Translations under genes and position numbers: made by a program
Source of the DNA: Octopus vulgaris
Lineage: Eukaryota
DNA: 64,000 bases
NCBI GenBank assembly: GCA_951406725.2
Contig: OX597822.1
Span: 44,888,001 to 44,952,000, forward strand
Direction of reading: 5' to 3'
Notes under the pieces: model-generated
Database searches by the model: none
What the model saw: the letters and a program-made list of their open reading frames with translations, nothing else
Told to the model about the DNA's origin: nothing
In this document: in pieces, positions 41,240-56,674 of the stretch
Numbering within the stretch: the first letter of the stretch is position 1
Layout of the letters: each line of letters begins with the position of its first letter

Positions 41240-41440
41240 GTGTCTGTGTTTTTCCTCCCACCCATCATCGCTTGGCAACCGATGTTGGTGTTTGTGTCCC
41301 CGAAATTTAGCAGTTCGGCAAAAGAGACCAATAGAATAAGTATTAGGCTTATAAAGAATAAGTCCTGCGGTCGTTTTGTTCCACTGAAGGCGGTGCTCCA
41401 GCGTGGCCGCTCTCAAATGACTGAAACGTGTAAAAGAGTT
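41240..41440 (+). mobile_element. SINE family A, 3' half
   Basis: gttcggcaaaagagacc.atagaataagta...ggcggtgctccagc.tggccgc. Confidence 0.8.
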
Positions 41441-41567
41441 TGTATGTATATATGTGTGTGTGCGAGTATTGTGTGTGAAAGAGGTAGAGATCGAATGTGT
41501 GTGTTTGTGCGTACATACACATGGTTTTTAAGATTAGTTATATGCATGCAGAGATACGTTCATGAGC

Positions 41568-41770
<203 letters not shown>

Positions 41771-42349
41771 GTAAAGGTCGATGTAAAACGACTGCGTCGT
41801 TTATAACAGAGAATCCTAATATGATTATTGCCAGGAGACAATTAATGGCAGTTGTTTCATATTTGGCACGATTATTTATTAATCAAATATTTTCGAATCA
41901 TATTCTGCCTATTCTTCATGTCTGAATTGAATTCAACCAATATTCCATCACACAAATAACAATATGCTGTACGTGTAAGTGACACAAACAGTCTCTGTCG
42001 TCTAGCCATAAGTTTGGATTTCGTCTCTCGCTGTGTTATGATATGCAATTTCCTGTTGCTAGTATAAAACTGATGTATTAATATTGCATTTCATGTCTTT
42101 TAGATAATCGTCTACCTCCTCATCTGCTAAATGAGTGAAGGTATGTGCTAGTATTCCTTGCTCGACCTCTATGAATTTTTGTAATTTTTGTTGTCGTTGT
42201 TGTTGTTATTGTTTCGCCTGTGATTGCTCAGCTCTTGGCAAAATGCGAACCACTAATTTGTTTCTCAGTTTTTCTCAGATATTATGGGCAATATGTATTT
42301 CCTTTGCTATATGCATGCACGTATGTATATAATATATGTATGTATGTAT

Positions 42350-42500
42350 GTAGGTAGGTAGGTAGGTAGGTAGGTAGGTAGGTAGGTAGGTAGGTAGGTA
42401 GGTAGGTAGGTAGGTAGGTAGGTAGGTAGGTAGGTAGGTAGGTCGTTAGGTAGGTAGGTGGGTAGGTAGATGGGTAGGTAGTTAGGTAGGTAGATAGGCA
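42350..42500 (+). repeat. (TAGG)n microsatellite
   Basis: Directly visible. Confidence 0.95.
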
Positions 42501-42520
42501 GGTATATCTGCATTCATACA

Positions 42521-42736
42521 CTTTTTCTTTTTACTCTTTTACTTGTTTCAGTCATTTAACTGTGGCCATGCTAGAGCACCGCCTTTAGTCGAGGAAATCG
42601 ACCTTAAGATTTATTCTTTGTAAGCTTAGTACTTATCCTATCGGTCCCTTTTGCGGAACCGCTAAGTTACAGGGACGTAAACACACCAGCATCATTTGTC
42701 AAGCGATGTTGGGGGGACAAACACAGACACACAAAT

Positions 42737-42770
<34 letters not shown>

Positions 42771-42923
42771 GTATACACATATACGACGGGCTTCTTTTAG
42801 TTTCCGTCTACCAAATCCACTCACAAGGCTTTGTTTGGCCCGAGGCTATAGTAGAAGGCACTTGCCCAGTGTGCCACGCAGTGGGACTGAGCCCCAAATC
42901 ATGTGGTTCGTAAGCAAGCTACT

Positions 42924-42927
<4 letters not shown>
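42521..42927 (-). mobile_element. SINE family A
   Basis: Full-length reverse-complement copy. Confidence 0.85.
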
Positions 42928-42960
<33 letters not shown>

Positions 42961-43447
42961 ATGCATGCGTGTATAAATGTATGTATATGCATATATGGAT
43001 ATGCGTGTATGTGTGTATGCATGTATGTATATATGTATGTATACATGCATATATGTATGTATGTATGTATGTATGCATGTATGTATGTATGTATGTATGT
43101 ATGTATGAATGCGTATCATGTACGGTCTGTTGAAATGGAATCGATTAGTGACTGAGAGAAATTACGACTTGAGTTCCCTCAATGAAATATAGAATGACTC
43201 TTGATATCATACCCGAGCAGAAAAAGTAATTATCGAATGAAGGCTCATATTATCCATAATAACGACAGCAAAATTTAATGAAATAACAAGAAAAAAGAAG
43301 TAAGTATTAAGCTCCAATATCCTAGCTGTCACACTAAAGGTTACAGTTATAATGTTCTGAATTACGCAAACGAACGTGCAAGTCTAGACATGAAAAACAA
43401 ACTAAAAAATGACTCCATTTAGAGTACATCACCCAAAATCTGATATA

Positions 43448-43660
43448 TATTTCTTTACTGCCCACAAGGGGCTAAACACAGAGGGGACAAACATGGACAG
43501 ACGAAGGGATTGAGTCGATTATATCGACCCCAGTGCGAATCTGGTACTTTATTTATCGACCCCGAAAGGATGAAAGGCAAAGTCGACCTCGGCGGAATTT
43601 GAACTCAGAACGTAACGACAAACGAAATACTGCTAACCATTTCACCCGGCGCGTTAACGT
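43448..43660 (-). mobile_element. SINE family B
   Basis: Reverse complement of 61015-61244. Confidence 0.85.
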
Positions 43661-43982
43661 ATATAATCTGATATAGAAAGTCTGTAGTTACCAAGAAAAC
43701 AGAGAGACAGGGGCTTTGTGCAGCTAAAGAACAATAGTAAAATATTGAATGTGGGACAACGAACATATTTCGGAAAATATTATTGAAAATCCCTGCAAGT
43801 AATTCGGAAACTACCTGAAAATATATATATTTATTTCTTTAAAAATTTTTTTAAATCGCAAATATCACGAAAGGCTTGTAATGAGACCGAAAATTTCAAA
43901 TTTATTCACATTTTCCTTGAAGCATATCCTAGAATTTTATTTGTCAGTATTTGGTCTCCTTTGTCTTCAACTCATAAATAAA

Positions 43983-44452
43983 GAACCCCTTTGGTCATGA
44001 ATGACCTTGGGATTGTACCTAGAAAGTTCCTCTACGTAGCACAAGTCCGGGCAAGGTTGTTTATGGAAGACTGATATTCGCCTGCGCATATCAGCCTCTC
44101 CTCTCCACGCCATTATATGTACATAGGGAAAAAGTTAAAGGCCCCCTTCTGTCATAAATCACCATGGGATTGCACATAGAAAGTTCCCCTCCGAAGCACA
44201 GGTCCGGGCAAATTTGTTTGTGAAAGTCCAACAGGCAGTCGCCCATGGATACCAGCTTCACCTCTCCACGTCACTGATGTGACAAAAGAAGACAAAGGGG
44301 CCGATACAGTTTGGTACCTGTGCCATCGCAACTAATTTCTATAGCTGAGTGAACAGGAGCAACATGAAATAAAGTGTCTTGCTCAAGAACACAATATAGC
44401 CTGGTACCTCATGATTGTGAACACGACGCTCTAACCTCTGAGCCATGTGCCT
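43983..44452 (-). mobile_element. SINE family C with duplicated 3' segment
   Basis: Reverse complement of 60400-60737. The tail segment gggattg.ac.tagaaagttcc...gtccgggcaa appears twice. Confidence 0.8.
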
Positions 44453-44564
44453 TCAAGGCCCAAATTAAACCCTCTAAATTTCTGTTTCATGGAGGTCACT
44501 AGATGATACTTGGAGCAACTCCTTTGAAACAAAGCAACAAAGCATAACTAATAAAAGTATTCAT

Positions 44565-45005
44565 TTTAAATTTTGCTACCAGGCTAGCAATATCAAGGGA
44601 GGTTCTAAGTCTATAACATTGATCCCAGTATCAAACTGGTACTTATTTTGTTGACCCGAAAGGGTTGAAGGCAAAGTCAACTTCGGCGAAATTTGAACTC
44701 AGAACGTAAAGACGCTTGTCCAGCGTGCTAATGGTTCTGCCAGCTCGCTGAATTAATTTCAGTTATATTAATACTATTACGAAAAATAACATTGTTTTCG
44801 AATTTTGGCACAAGGCTAGTAATTTCCGGGGAGGAGTAAGTGGATTACATCGACCCCAGTGCACAACTGGTACTTATTTTATCGACACCGAAAGGATAAA
44901 CAGCAAAGTCGACCTCGGAAGAATTTGAACACGGAACTTATTGACGGGCGAAATGTTGCTAAGTATTTCGCCCGGCGTGCTAACGATTCTGCCAGCTAGT
45001 CGCCT
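44565..45005 (-). mobile_element. Two tandem SINE family B copies
   Basis: The core gcaaagtc.ac.tcgg..aatttgaac appears twice. Confidence 0.8.
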
Positions 45006-45087
45006 TAATAATAATAATTATGAAAAGAAGAAGAAGAAGAAGAAGAAGAAGAAGAAGAAGAAGAAGAAGAAGAAGAAGAAGAAGAAG

Positions 45088-45520
45088 AATGCAAATATCC
45101 TGAGGGATTTTATGATTCAGTGCGACCAAGGCATAGAGAATAGCAAGCCAGACATAGTGTTGAGAGAGAAAACAACCTATGCTGGATCATAGATATAGCA
45201 TGCCCAGCTGACAACAAGGTATGCGATAAAGAAGAAGGAAAAGTCGAGAGATATTACAGGTGACCTTAAGCAGTTGTGGTCGAGGAAAACGCTGGTAGTA
45301 GTACTAATAATTGTCGGAGGAATGAGTATAAATCTTGAGAAATACATGGAACAAATAGGGGTTGCAATAAGTTTGGAGCACCTGCAGAAACAGCACTGCA
45401 TGGAAGTGCTCGAATATACTTGAAGGTGTTCGAAAAATAAGAGGTGTTACCTTAGTTCACTGGTAGTGAACAGCTGACACCGCAGTACATCTCCAGCGTT
45501 AGAAGCTATGCAAAAGCAAT
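45088..45520 (+). mobile_element. Dong/R4-type RLE 3' fragment (same family as 22037-22200)
   Basis: ILRDFMIQCDQGIENSKPDIVL, IDIACPAD, EHLQKQ, and the same 3' UTR with a gttcac..gtgaac hairpin. Followed by (TAA)n. Confidence 0.85.
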
Positions 45521-45522
45521 AG

Positions 45523-45573
<51 letters not shown>

Positions 45574-45574
<1 letters not shown>

Positions 45575-47566
45575 GTATACCGCATCCATGGATCTTGAGA
45601 TCGCTGGACACCTTCAAAATTTCCCCTGTGATTTCAAACTTCCTGAAGCACAATATGTCGTTGTGGAATACGAATCTCCAATTATACCACTCTAATGGAG
45701 TACTTGCCTCAGAAAATATAAACATCAACTGTGGAATTTTTCAAGGTGACTCACTTTCACCTTTAATATTCTGCATAGCCCTAATACCCCTTACAAGTGA
45801 ATTAAACAGAACAGGGTATGGGTATAAAATTGCCAATAAAAAAATAAGCCATCTATTTTATATGGATGACTTAAAACTTTATGGTAAAGACAATAATGAA
45901 CTTGAAGGCCTATTGTGCACTGTGAAAGCATTCAGCGATGACATCGGGATGGAGTTTGGACTTGAGAAGTGTGCCAAGGCCACTTTCCAGAAAGGGAAAG
46001 TAAAGACCACAAATTCAGTCGTGTTAGATGTTGACACAGTCATAAGAGAGCTTGAGCAAGAACAAACATACAAATATTTAGGGATAAATGAAGGCTCTGG
46101 TATTCAGCATGCAAGCATGAAAGAGAAAATCAGGAAGGAATCTTATAGGAGAGTTCGTGCAGTCCTGAAATCTGAACTAAATGCACGTAACAAGGTGTTA
46201 GCTATGAATTCCTTAGCAGTTCCAGTTGTTACTTATAGCTACAATGTGTTGAACTGGAATATGAGTGAAGTAAAGAATATAGATAGGAAAATACGCAAGC
46301 TGCTGAGTTGTAATAGGATGCACCACCCAAAGGCAGACGTAGATCGCCTTTACCTTCCCAGAGCCCAAGGAGGTCGAGGCCTGATCCAATTTGAACTAGC
46401 TTACAAAACAACCACAATTGGACTGGCCAAATATCTCGAAATATCGAATGACTGGATGCTAAAGCTCGTGGAAAATCACGAGAGACGAAAGAAGCTTCAT
46501 TCTAATTTGCTATTGATCTCGTGCAGGATACCCAAACAGAACAACCCGAGGGAAGTACGGCAATTATTGTTGCAAAGAAGGTGAAAATAATGGCAACGAA
46601 AAAAGCGCACGAGCAATTGGCTGATAGGTGGGAGGAGAAACCTCTGCACGGCTAATATGTGACCCGCAGCAAACAAGCTGATGTTGACCAGAAGCAAACC
46701 CATCCGTGGCTACGGAGCTCAGGGCTAAAAGCAGAGAGCGAAGGTTTCATCCTGGCTGCTCAAGATCAAAGCCTATTAACCAGGAACTACCAGGCCATTG
46801 TGATGAAAAATGGAGCAGACCCAAAATGCCGATTCTGCAACGACATGATTGAAACAGTGGACCACCTAATCTCTGGATGTAAAGTCTTAGCTCCAGTGAA
46901 GTATAAATTAAGACATGACAGAGTTGGCCAATATCTCCACTGGCTAATAAGTCGGCATTGCAATATCAAAACTGCCGACAAGTGGTATAATCACCACCCT
47001 GAGGCTGTAACTGAAGGAGAAAATGTAACCATTCTGTGGGACTTTCCAGTACATACAGACCGAACCATCAAGGCCAATAAACCAGATATTGTTGTGAAAG
47101 ACCAAAACAATAAAGTTTGCTTATTGATCGACATGAGCATCCCCTGTGATCATAATATCTCAGCGAAAGAGTTTGACAAGCCCAGAAAATATAAAGACCT
47201 ACTCATTGAAATTGAGAAAATGTGGCATCTCAAGGCGGTTACAATACCAGTGATCGTAGGAGCACTAGGAATGATCAAGAAGGGAACCGAAAATTATATG
47301 AGAATGATCCCTGGCTTACCATCCCTGCAAGAAGTGCAATAGATTGTCTTAACTGGTACATCACACGTATTGAGAAGAGCATTGTCGATGTGAGAACTGT
47401 TGCTGCTCATGTATTTTAATTTAACTTCAAAAAAAAAAAAAATGAACGAACGAACTATTGAGTTTGGTTTAATGGCCTACCAATGTATACTATGAGTTTC
47501 TTTGCCCTAGGAGTCGGGAAGACACTCGGCAAGAAATGGAAGCAAATTTGAAAGAAGAAAAAAAAA

Positions 47567-47567
<1 letters not shown>
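45574..47567 (+). pseudogene. 5'-truncated copy of the 29126-33030 Dong element
   Basis: Nearly identical to the reverse complement of 29145-31161. Has a 19 bp deletion at ~46503, stops at ~46654 and 47340, and (TAA)n on both sides. Confidence 0.95.
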
Positions 47568-47611
<44 letters not shown>

Positions 47612-47626
47612 GTAATAATAATAATG

Positions 47627-47678
<52 letters not shown>

Positions 47679-47700
47679 TAATAATAAAAATAATAATAAT

Positions 47701-47749
<49 letters not shown>

Positions 47750-47807
47750 TATAATAATTTTCAACTAGCAATAACCACGCCTCGGATAACCCTCATTGGC
47801 TATGGTA

Positions 47808-48358
47808 CCGCAAATGTTCTGATGCAGTACCAAGCAGTGACTCTCATGGCTTTTGATCTTAATTGTACTTTGTTTTGTCTTGGGATAAAAGATGGGCTAC
47901 AGTAAATATTCTGCTCCATACCACAGATTTGCTAGACCGTTGTTTGACCTTAACCAGTTGAGCATATCCCTTAGTGGCTGATGATATGTGCATCTCTGAT
48001 CACGATCAGAAGTAGTGTGGGGTGGGGCATCATAGCCGTGTGTTGAAAGGGATTCTTGGAGGTTTGAATAATTCACCTCTGGAAATATGGCTATTTCGTT
48101 CAACATCCTTAAACAACCCTTATCCAGGGACATTTTAAGCCGGGTTGGCTACTCAGTCTGAAAAGATACTAACTGGTTCCCACTTGTAAGGTCATGCGCT
48201 GTTTATCTTGATATGAGATCACCATGTCATGCACATATGGTTGTGATGCATGTGCCTGGTGTACCCTTATCAGACGGGTAGTCATGATGGGCATACTGGG
48301 CTTCGTATATTTTACAATAGTGTCACTTTTGATGGCATGCGCTGCTCTCGCATTCAAT
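47808..48358 (+). mobile_element. 560 bp element, copy 3
   Basis: Colinear with 11090-11648. Lies between (TAA)n and (TGA)n. Confidence 0.85.
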
Positions 48359-48910
48359 AATACTGATGATGATGATGATGATGATGACGACGACGATGAT
48401 GACGATGATGACGACGACAACGATGACGATGATGATGATGATTACGACGACGACTACGATGATTATGATTGTGATGATGATGTTGATGACGACGACCACG
48501 ACCACGACGATGATGCTGATGATTATGATATATAAAATTTATTACATTATTCGTAAGTATATCGATAAGCGGCGTGAGATTAGAAAAAAAAACTTGCAAA
48601 GATAATCAAAGTGATGCGCGTAACGGGATTGTTTTGATGAGGATGAAAGCAGTGTGTTTACTACAGAGAGATAGTAAACAGCGAACACCTGATAGATGCA
48701 CGGGGAGACGCAAATGAGATTCTTACGACTTTCTTATTTTATGTGAAAACGTCTTCCAAAGAAACATTTCTCCCAACGCTTAAATTTTTAATATAAGCAC
48801 ACACACGCACAGATACACACACACACTCGCTCACGCAGACACACATAGGCAAACACACGCAAGCATAAATATGTATAAAAGTATACGTGTGCTATATATA
48901 TATATATATG

Positions 48911-48946
<36 letters not shown>

Positions 48947-48951
48947 CACAC

Positions 48952-49111
<160 letters not shown>

Positions 49112-49178
49112 AGAAAGTGCGTGGCCTAGTGTTTAAGGTGTTGCACGTGGGTTCGCTTCCTGAACGCGAAATTGTTAT

Positions 49179-49567
49179 AGGCGCAGGAGTGGCTATGTGG
49201 TAAATAGCTTGCTTACCAACCACATAGTGGCACCTTGGGAAAATGTCTTCTACTATAACTTCGGGCCAACCAAAGCCTTGTGAGTGAATTTGGTAGACGG
49301 AAACTGAAAGAAGCCCGTCGTATATATATACATATATATATGTATATATGCGTGTGTGTTTAGTGTCTGTGTTTGTCCCCCAACATCGATTGACAACCGA
49401 TGCTGGTGTGTTTATGTCCCCGTAACTTAGCAGTTCGGAAAAAGAGACCGATAGAATAAGTACTAGGCTTACAAAGAATAAATCCTGGGATCGATTTACT
49501 CGACTAAAGGCGGTGCTCCAGCTTGGCCGCAGTCACATGACTGAAACGAGTACAAGAGTACAAGAGA
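49179..49567 (+). mobile_element. SINE family A
   Basis: ggcgcaggagtggctatgtggt head through the actgaaacgagtacaagag tail. Confidence 0.85.
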
Positions 49568-49694
49568 ATACACATATGTACACAGATATATATGTACATA
49601 TATATATGTATATATATTCACACGGATATACATATATATATGCATTTTCTTTCTCACTCACTGATATATATATGTAGGGAGAGAGAATCAGCGA

Positions 49695-49735
<41 letters not shown>

Positions 49736-49929
49736 GGGAGAAAGAATCAGTGAGTGAGAAAGAAAATGCATATTAAAAAATCCCGTCTAATGGTGTAATG
49801 TATCTGATACGATCAATGCTCAGTTTGGTTTACCAATAAAACTTCGACTGGAAATACTCCTAAACCGAAAGAGGTGTTGTAGTAACCTAGCAGATAATGG
49901 CTGTTTGTTCATCATTGAGCGGGCATCTA

Positions 49930-51220
49930 CGAGGGACGTTCGATAAGTAATGCCCCTGACCCACTTGCAGTTGTTTGATCTAGCTGAAATTTTGCATGTG
50001 CAATTATTTATATCTCTATAGAGTAAGTGACAAATTACAGCTCTGAACTAATTGTGGTTTCTGATTTACAGGTATTTGAACTAAGTCAAGTGTGAAATGG
50101 AGTCTGTTGAGTGTCGAGCAGTGATCCGGTTTTTGTATCTGAAAGGACGCACACCACGGGTGACTTTTGATGAAATGAAAGTAACTTATGGTGATGATGC
50201 CCCATCATATGACCTTGTAAAACGCTGGCATCGTGAATTCAAACATGGTCGGAACTCTGTGAAAATAGTCCCAGATCTGGTCGCCCCGCTTCTGCCATTG
50301 ATGAGGCATCTGTCCGTCAAGTTGAGGCTGCCATTTTGGAAGATCGATGCATTAATTATTCGCCAAATAGCCCATGAGGTCAAGATTGGTACCGGGTCTG
50401 TGAAAACTATCATTCATGACAATTTGCATATGCAAAAGGTGTCTGCCAGATGGATTCCCAGGTTGCACACGCCTTTCCAGAAGCAAGAACGCGTCGAGTG
50501 CTCGAGGATGAATTTGGAGATGCGCCAAGAAGATGAGTCAAAATTTTTCAAAAGACTGATTACAGAGGATGAAACCTGGGTCCATCACGATGATCCAGAG
50601 ACCAAAGCCCAGTCAATGCAGTGGAAGCACCGTGACTCACCCCTCCAAAGAAGGCAAGGGTGCAGCCCTCCGCTGGCAAGGTCATGCTCACAGTCTTCTG
50701 GGACCAGGACGGAGTAGTGATGACAGATTTCCTGGCAAAAGGTACCACAATTACAGGAGCCTGTTATGCTTCACTTTTGAGGAAATTAAGAAAAGTTATC
50801 AAAATCAAGAGGCGGGGCAAGATCAGCAAAGGCATCCTCCTCCTGCAGGACAACGCTCCGGTCCACAACTCGCTTGTCGCCAGATCAGAAGCACAGGCGT
50901 ATGGCTATGAACTCCTCCCCCATCCGCCCTACTTTCCTGACTTTGCACCCTCTGATTTCCTCTCTTCCCAGTCATGAAGTTGTTTTTGAAAGGAAAGCGT
51001 TTCCCAGATGATGCAGCCTTGATTTCTGAAGTCACGTTCAGGTTGGAGGACCAAGCTGGGGTCTTCTACAAAAACGGTCTCCAGAGCTGCATCAAACGAT
51101 GGGAGAAATGCGTAACTCTGGGTGGTTCCTATGTAGAAAAAGACTAATAACTGTGCCAAGTTTCGTTGCTCTACTGCTATGGGAAGTGGGTCAGGGGCAT
51201 TACTTATTGAACGCCCCTCG
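49930..51220 (+). mobile_element. Full-length mariner element (1291 bp, TA target duplication)
   Basis: TA|cgagggacgttcgataagtaatgcccctgacccactt ... aagtgggtcaggggcattacttattgaacgcccctcg|TA, with ~37 bp TIRs carrying 2 mismatches. Confidence 0.95.
50097..51147 (+). pseudogene. Mariner DD34D transposase with several frameshifts
   Basis: RAVIRFL, ARWIPRL, LITEDETWVHH, KVMLTVFWD, QDNAPVH, HPPYFPDFAPSDF, RWEKCVTLGGSYVEKD*. Confidence 0.93.
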
Positions 51221-51297
51221 TACATATTGGAGAGAAAGTATGAACAAGTAAAGCGTGGTATCACTTCAGAAGATGTGATTTATAATTCACACATAAT

Positions 51298-51950
51298 TCT
51301 TATTTACTCTAGGCACAAGGCCCGAAATTTTTGGAGAAGGGGCCAGTCGATTACGTAACTGGTACATAATTTATCGACCTCGAAAGGAGGAAAATCAAAG
51401 TCGGCCGCGCCGGACTTTGAACTCTGAACATAAAGACAGACGAAATACCTATTTCTTTATTACCCACAAGGGGCTAAACACAGAGGGGACAAACAAGGAC
51501 AGACATAGGTATTAAGTCGATTACATCGACCCCAGTGCGTAACTGGTACTTAATTTATCGAACCCGAAAGGTTGAAAGGCAAAGTCGACCTCGGCGGAAT
51601 TTGAACTCACAACGTAACGCAGACGAAATACCGCTAAGCATTTCGCCCGGCGTGCTAACGATTCTGCCAGCTCGCCGCCTTGAGAATAAAGAATATTCTT
51701 TTTTTCTTCAGGCACAAGACCCGAAAATTTTTGGATGGAGGACAGTCAATTAGAGAGGACAAACAAGGACAGACAAACGGATTAAGTAGATTATATCGAC
51801 CCCAGTGCGCAACTGGTGCTTAATTTATCGACTCCGATAGGATGACAGGCAAAATGGACCTCGGTGGAATTTGAACTCAGAATGTAAAGACAGACGAAAT
51901 ACCGCTAAGAATGCGCCCGGCATACTAACGTTTCTGCCAGCTCACCGCCT
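51298..51950 (-). mobile_element. Cluster of 3-4 SINE family B units
   Basis: Repeated cores and tails in reverse complement. Confidence 0.85.
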
Positions 51951-52016
51951 TGAATTCACACGCAATTGCATAGTAGTTTGAGAAAAATAAGGTACTAAGA
52001 ACTAATGCATAAAGTC

Positions 52017-52073
52017 TCTTACAACTGTTTCTAGAATAGCTGTGTAAAAAGTGCATAGGTCATTCACCAAAGA
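52017..52073 (-). ncRNA. Degenerate hammerhead motif (related to 5610/14615)
   Basis: UCU-uUGgUGA-...-A-GAAA-CAGUUG-UA-AGA. Two core substitutions and a poor stem II. Confidence 0.4.
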
Positions 52074-52175
52074 TTTCCCTATAAGCCACCCACACCGTCT
52101 TCAGTGAGGAAGAATTAAGGAATATACTTAATAAAGGATATCCGGCAAGATTTTAATACCGAACGTAAAGACTCC

Positions 52176-53047
<872 letters not shown>

Positions 53048-53364
53048 CCTCTCATGCGGCAATTACCGCAAAGCATTTTCCCCCGGGGCTCACACGATTT
53101 TGCCGGCACATTGACCCCGAATGGATGTAAAAGCAAACTTGACCACGGCGAGACTTGAACTCAGAATGTAATGATCTAGAATTTTATATATATATATACA
53201 TTTTTATATACACCCAAACCGATTCTACCGTTACCGAGCATTGGTATCTGACGTAAATAGATAAATAAACAAAAATATAGCCTTTTTAATTAGCGCAAAT
53301 AGTTTCACTGTTATCTGTGTCAGTTTTCCAATAAACGATTAAAACAAATACTACTACTACTATA

Positions 53365-53468
<104 letters not shown>

Positions 53469-53478
53469 CAACAACAAC

Positions 53479-53513
<35 letters not shown>

Positions 53514-53523
53514 TAATAATAAC

Positions 53524-53581
<58 letters not shown>

Positions 53582-53594
53582 TTAATAATAATAA

Positions 53595-53964
53595 TATTAC
53601 CACCGCCCTAGCGAGGGCGGAGGTATTGTTTTCAGTTGTGTTTGTTCGTTTGTTGATTGTTTGACCCTGTACATGATATCTCAAGAACCGCTGGATGGAT
53701 TCGGATAAAACTTTCAGAGATGTTTGGCCTCGTGACGGGTACGAACTCGCCAGATTTTGGGATCGATCCGATACCGGACACTGATTCTGGATTATATTTC
53801 CTGTATTTTTTCTTACTTTATTTTTGAGAGCGGTCGGGTTCATTTTCAGTAATCTCATTTGTGAGAGCAGTCGAGTTTATTTCAGATATTCTCATTTTAA
53901 AAATCATCTGTAGAGGACGTTCGTGTTGCCTTAGTGGCGGTCTGCGCTCTCTGAGTGCTCTTGT
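53595..53964 (+). mobile_element. Helentron-associated (HINE/DINE-1-like) non-autonomous element
   Basis: 5' accaccgccctag with a local inverted copy gggcggaggt, (GTTT)n, a 3' subterminal inverted repeat ccttagtggcggt and a terminal stem-loop gcgctctctgagtgc. Confidence 0.7.
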
Positions 53965-54174
53965 CATTATTATTATTATTATTATTATTAAGAAGAAGAA
54001 GAAGAAGACTAAAAAGAACAAGAACAAGAAGAACAAGAAGAACGAGAAGAAGAAGAAGAAGAAGAAGAAGAAGAAGACTAAAAAGAACAAGAACAAGAAG
54101 AACAAGAAGAACGAGAAGAAGAAGAACAAGAAGAAGAAGAACAAGAAGAAGAAGAACAACAACAACAACAATAT

Positions 54175-54466
54175 TCTGATAGACTGTCAGATAATTCTTA
54201 ATTGTTAGTTGTTCTTTACTCGTTTCAAATAAATCCTTCTCCTTTGACTCAAAGAGACAATACTATCCTTAGAATGCGAGTTGTACCCAACACTGCTGTC
54301 TTTTGGGTCAGTTCGAGCCTGACAGCAGTTCCAATATTCTTAACATGTGTTTCAAACCTCTTAGAAACTGCTCCCAATGCACCAATTATCACCAGTATGA
54401 ACATTACTTCCTCATGTCCCATAAATTTTCTTATCTCGTCCCGCAGTGGCTGGTATTTCTCACTCT
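54175..54466 (-). mobile_element. Dong/R4-type 3' fragment (another family)
   Basis: EKYQPLRDEIRKF...VIIGALGAVSKRF...QKTAVLGTTRILRIVL. Confidence 0.8.
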
Positions 54467-54509
54467 AGATTATTATACAAATCAATAGATAGATTATTAT
54501 TATTATCAT

Positions 54510-54544
<35 letters not shown>

Positions 54545-56095
54545 TTTTATGTTTGACGTTTGCTTTGCTTTTGTACAAGTTGGCACCAAGTGTCACCCAG
54601 AGACCTCAAGAGACAACAAGTTGGAAGTTCATGCTGATGTTATGCCTAGGGTTCCATATATTTGGTTTTGTACATTCTAGAGAATGTTTAAGAAAATATA
54701 AGAAAATTATGAGTTTGTTTTAAAATTTGAGATTACATAGAAAGTATTTTACGTAGGATATGGGTAATTCCCATGAGCACTATCGTTCGAATTTCTGCCA
54801 TTTTGGGGGTTTCCCTGGTATCTGAGCTGGGTAGCAATCAGCCCCTTTTGCTATCATTCCTATGACAACGGGTATTGTTTTATCCACATTTTGCCAATTT
54901 CTATTTCAAGATCTTTATACTTGCTCAGTTTTTGGTAGGCCTTGACAGATACGTTTTTATTGATTGGGACAGTCATATGAATGAGGAGACATGATTTTTG
55001 TCTGAAGTCTTTCAATATAATGACTGGCCTATTTGTATCTATCTTTCTGTCAGTTTGAATGAAGTTCCAGAGGAGTGAGTTGTGATCATTTTCAAGTACT
55101 GGAGGTAGTTTGTGTTCCCACCAGTTTTTATCATGGGGCATGTCCAGGATTTTTGCAAATTACCCAGTGAATATATTGTGCAGCTCTATCATGCCAGTTG
55201 AAATACTCTGTAAGTGCAAGAAGCCTGCATATGAAGACAAGGTGATCAATGGTTTCATTTTGTTGTTGACATACACAACATGTCGGGAAGCTACCCTTTT
55301 TTGATATGTTGACCTGGTAGTTTCTTATAGGTAGGCATTGATCTTGGGCTGCTATGATAAAGCCTTCTCTTTCAGATTTTAAGCTAGAAGCCATTGACCA
55401 TTGATAGGTAAGGGCTTTGGCAACATCGGCATTATTCTCTGTTTTTGAGTATTTGCCATTGAGAGGTTTTACTTGCCATTTATCGGTAAGAATATCTAAG
55501 GCGGCAGATTTAGCACGAGTTTTCATACGCTTAGCTTTTTCTCTGCTTGTTTCTAGTACATCAAATTCTGGAATTTGTATTTTGAATTCACTTATATATT
55601 CCTTTGCCTGTTTTGTTACTGAGTATGATGCTTTCTTGTTTTCATGTTTTGAGACAAGCTTTAACATCCAGTCCTCAGAGTTTTTCAGATTGGTGGCTAG
55701 GCCAATTGTGACAATCTTCATTGTTATTGCCAATTGTAGAAGTCCACGGCTTCCCTCTTTTCTTGGCTGATAAAGTCGTTCTATATCTGCCTTAGGGTGG
55801 TACATTCTATTCATTGTCAACAGTTTTCGTCTTTTTCTGTCAATATTACATATTTCAGTAATTGACCAGTTCATGATATTGAAACCAATTCACGACTGGT
55901 ATGTCTAAAGTATTGATCGCTTCCATCCTGTTTCTCGCATTTAGCTCTGTCTTCAGTATTGCTCTCACCTAACGATAACATTCTCTTCTTATCCTTTCCC
56001 TCATCACTGAATGTTTGATTCTGTCCCCTTCAGAAACTCTTCGGTATTTGTAGCTCTCCGCTGGTTCTAACACTTTTATGACATTCTGCTGGTCC
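54545..56095 (-). pseudogene. 5'-truncated Dong/R4-type LINE related to but distinct from 29126-33030
   Basis: NIDRKRRKLLTMNRMYHPKADIERLY, EGFIIAAQDQ, CCVC..ETIDHLVFIC, NRPVII, KLSKYKDLEIEI. Flanked by (TAC)n and (TAA)n. Confidence 0.88.
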
Positions 56096-56107
56096 ATTTT
56101 GTTGTTA

Positions 56108-56192
<85 letters not shown>

Positions 56193-56227
56193 CATTATTA
56201 TTATTATTATTATTATCATCATCATCA

Positions 56228-56265
<38 letters not shown>

Positions 56266-56296
56266 TTAATTATTATTATCATTATTATTATTATTA

Positions 56297-56419
<123 letters not shown>

Positions 56420-56674
56420 TATTATTATCAGTATTGTTATTATATTATTATTATTATTATTATTATTATTTATATCGGAATCATTAGAGCATTATAAGCT
56501 TCAATGCGTTTTTGTTAAAACTTCGTTCCTAAATTGTGTTTTGCTTGTTGGTAGTATTTATTTTTATTGTATTTTATTTTGTTTCAAACACTCTGAAATA
56601 TTGTTATCGCTTTATCAGTCAAGTAAATACTTACAAAATTTGGTTTCTGTAGACGGTATCTGAGGAATGCTTAT

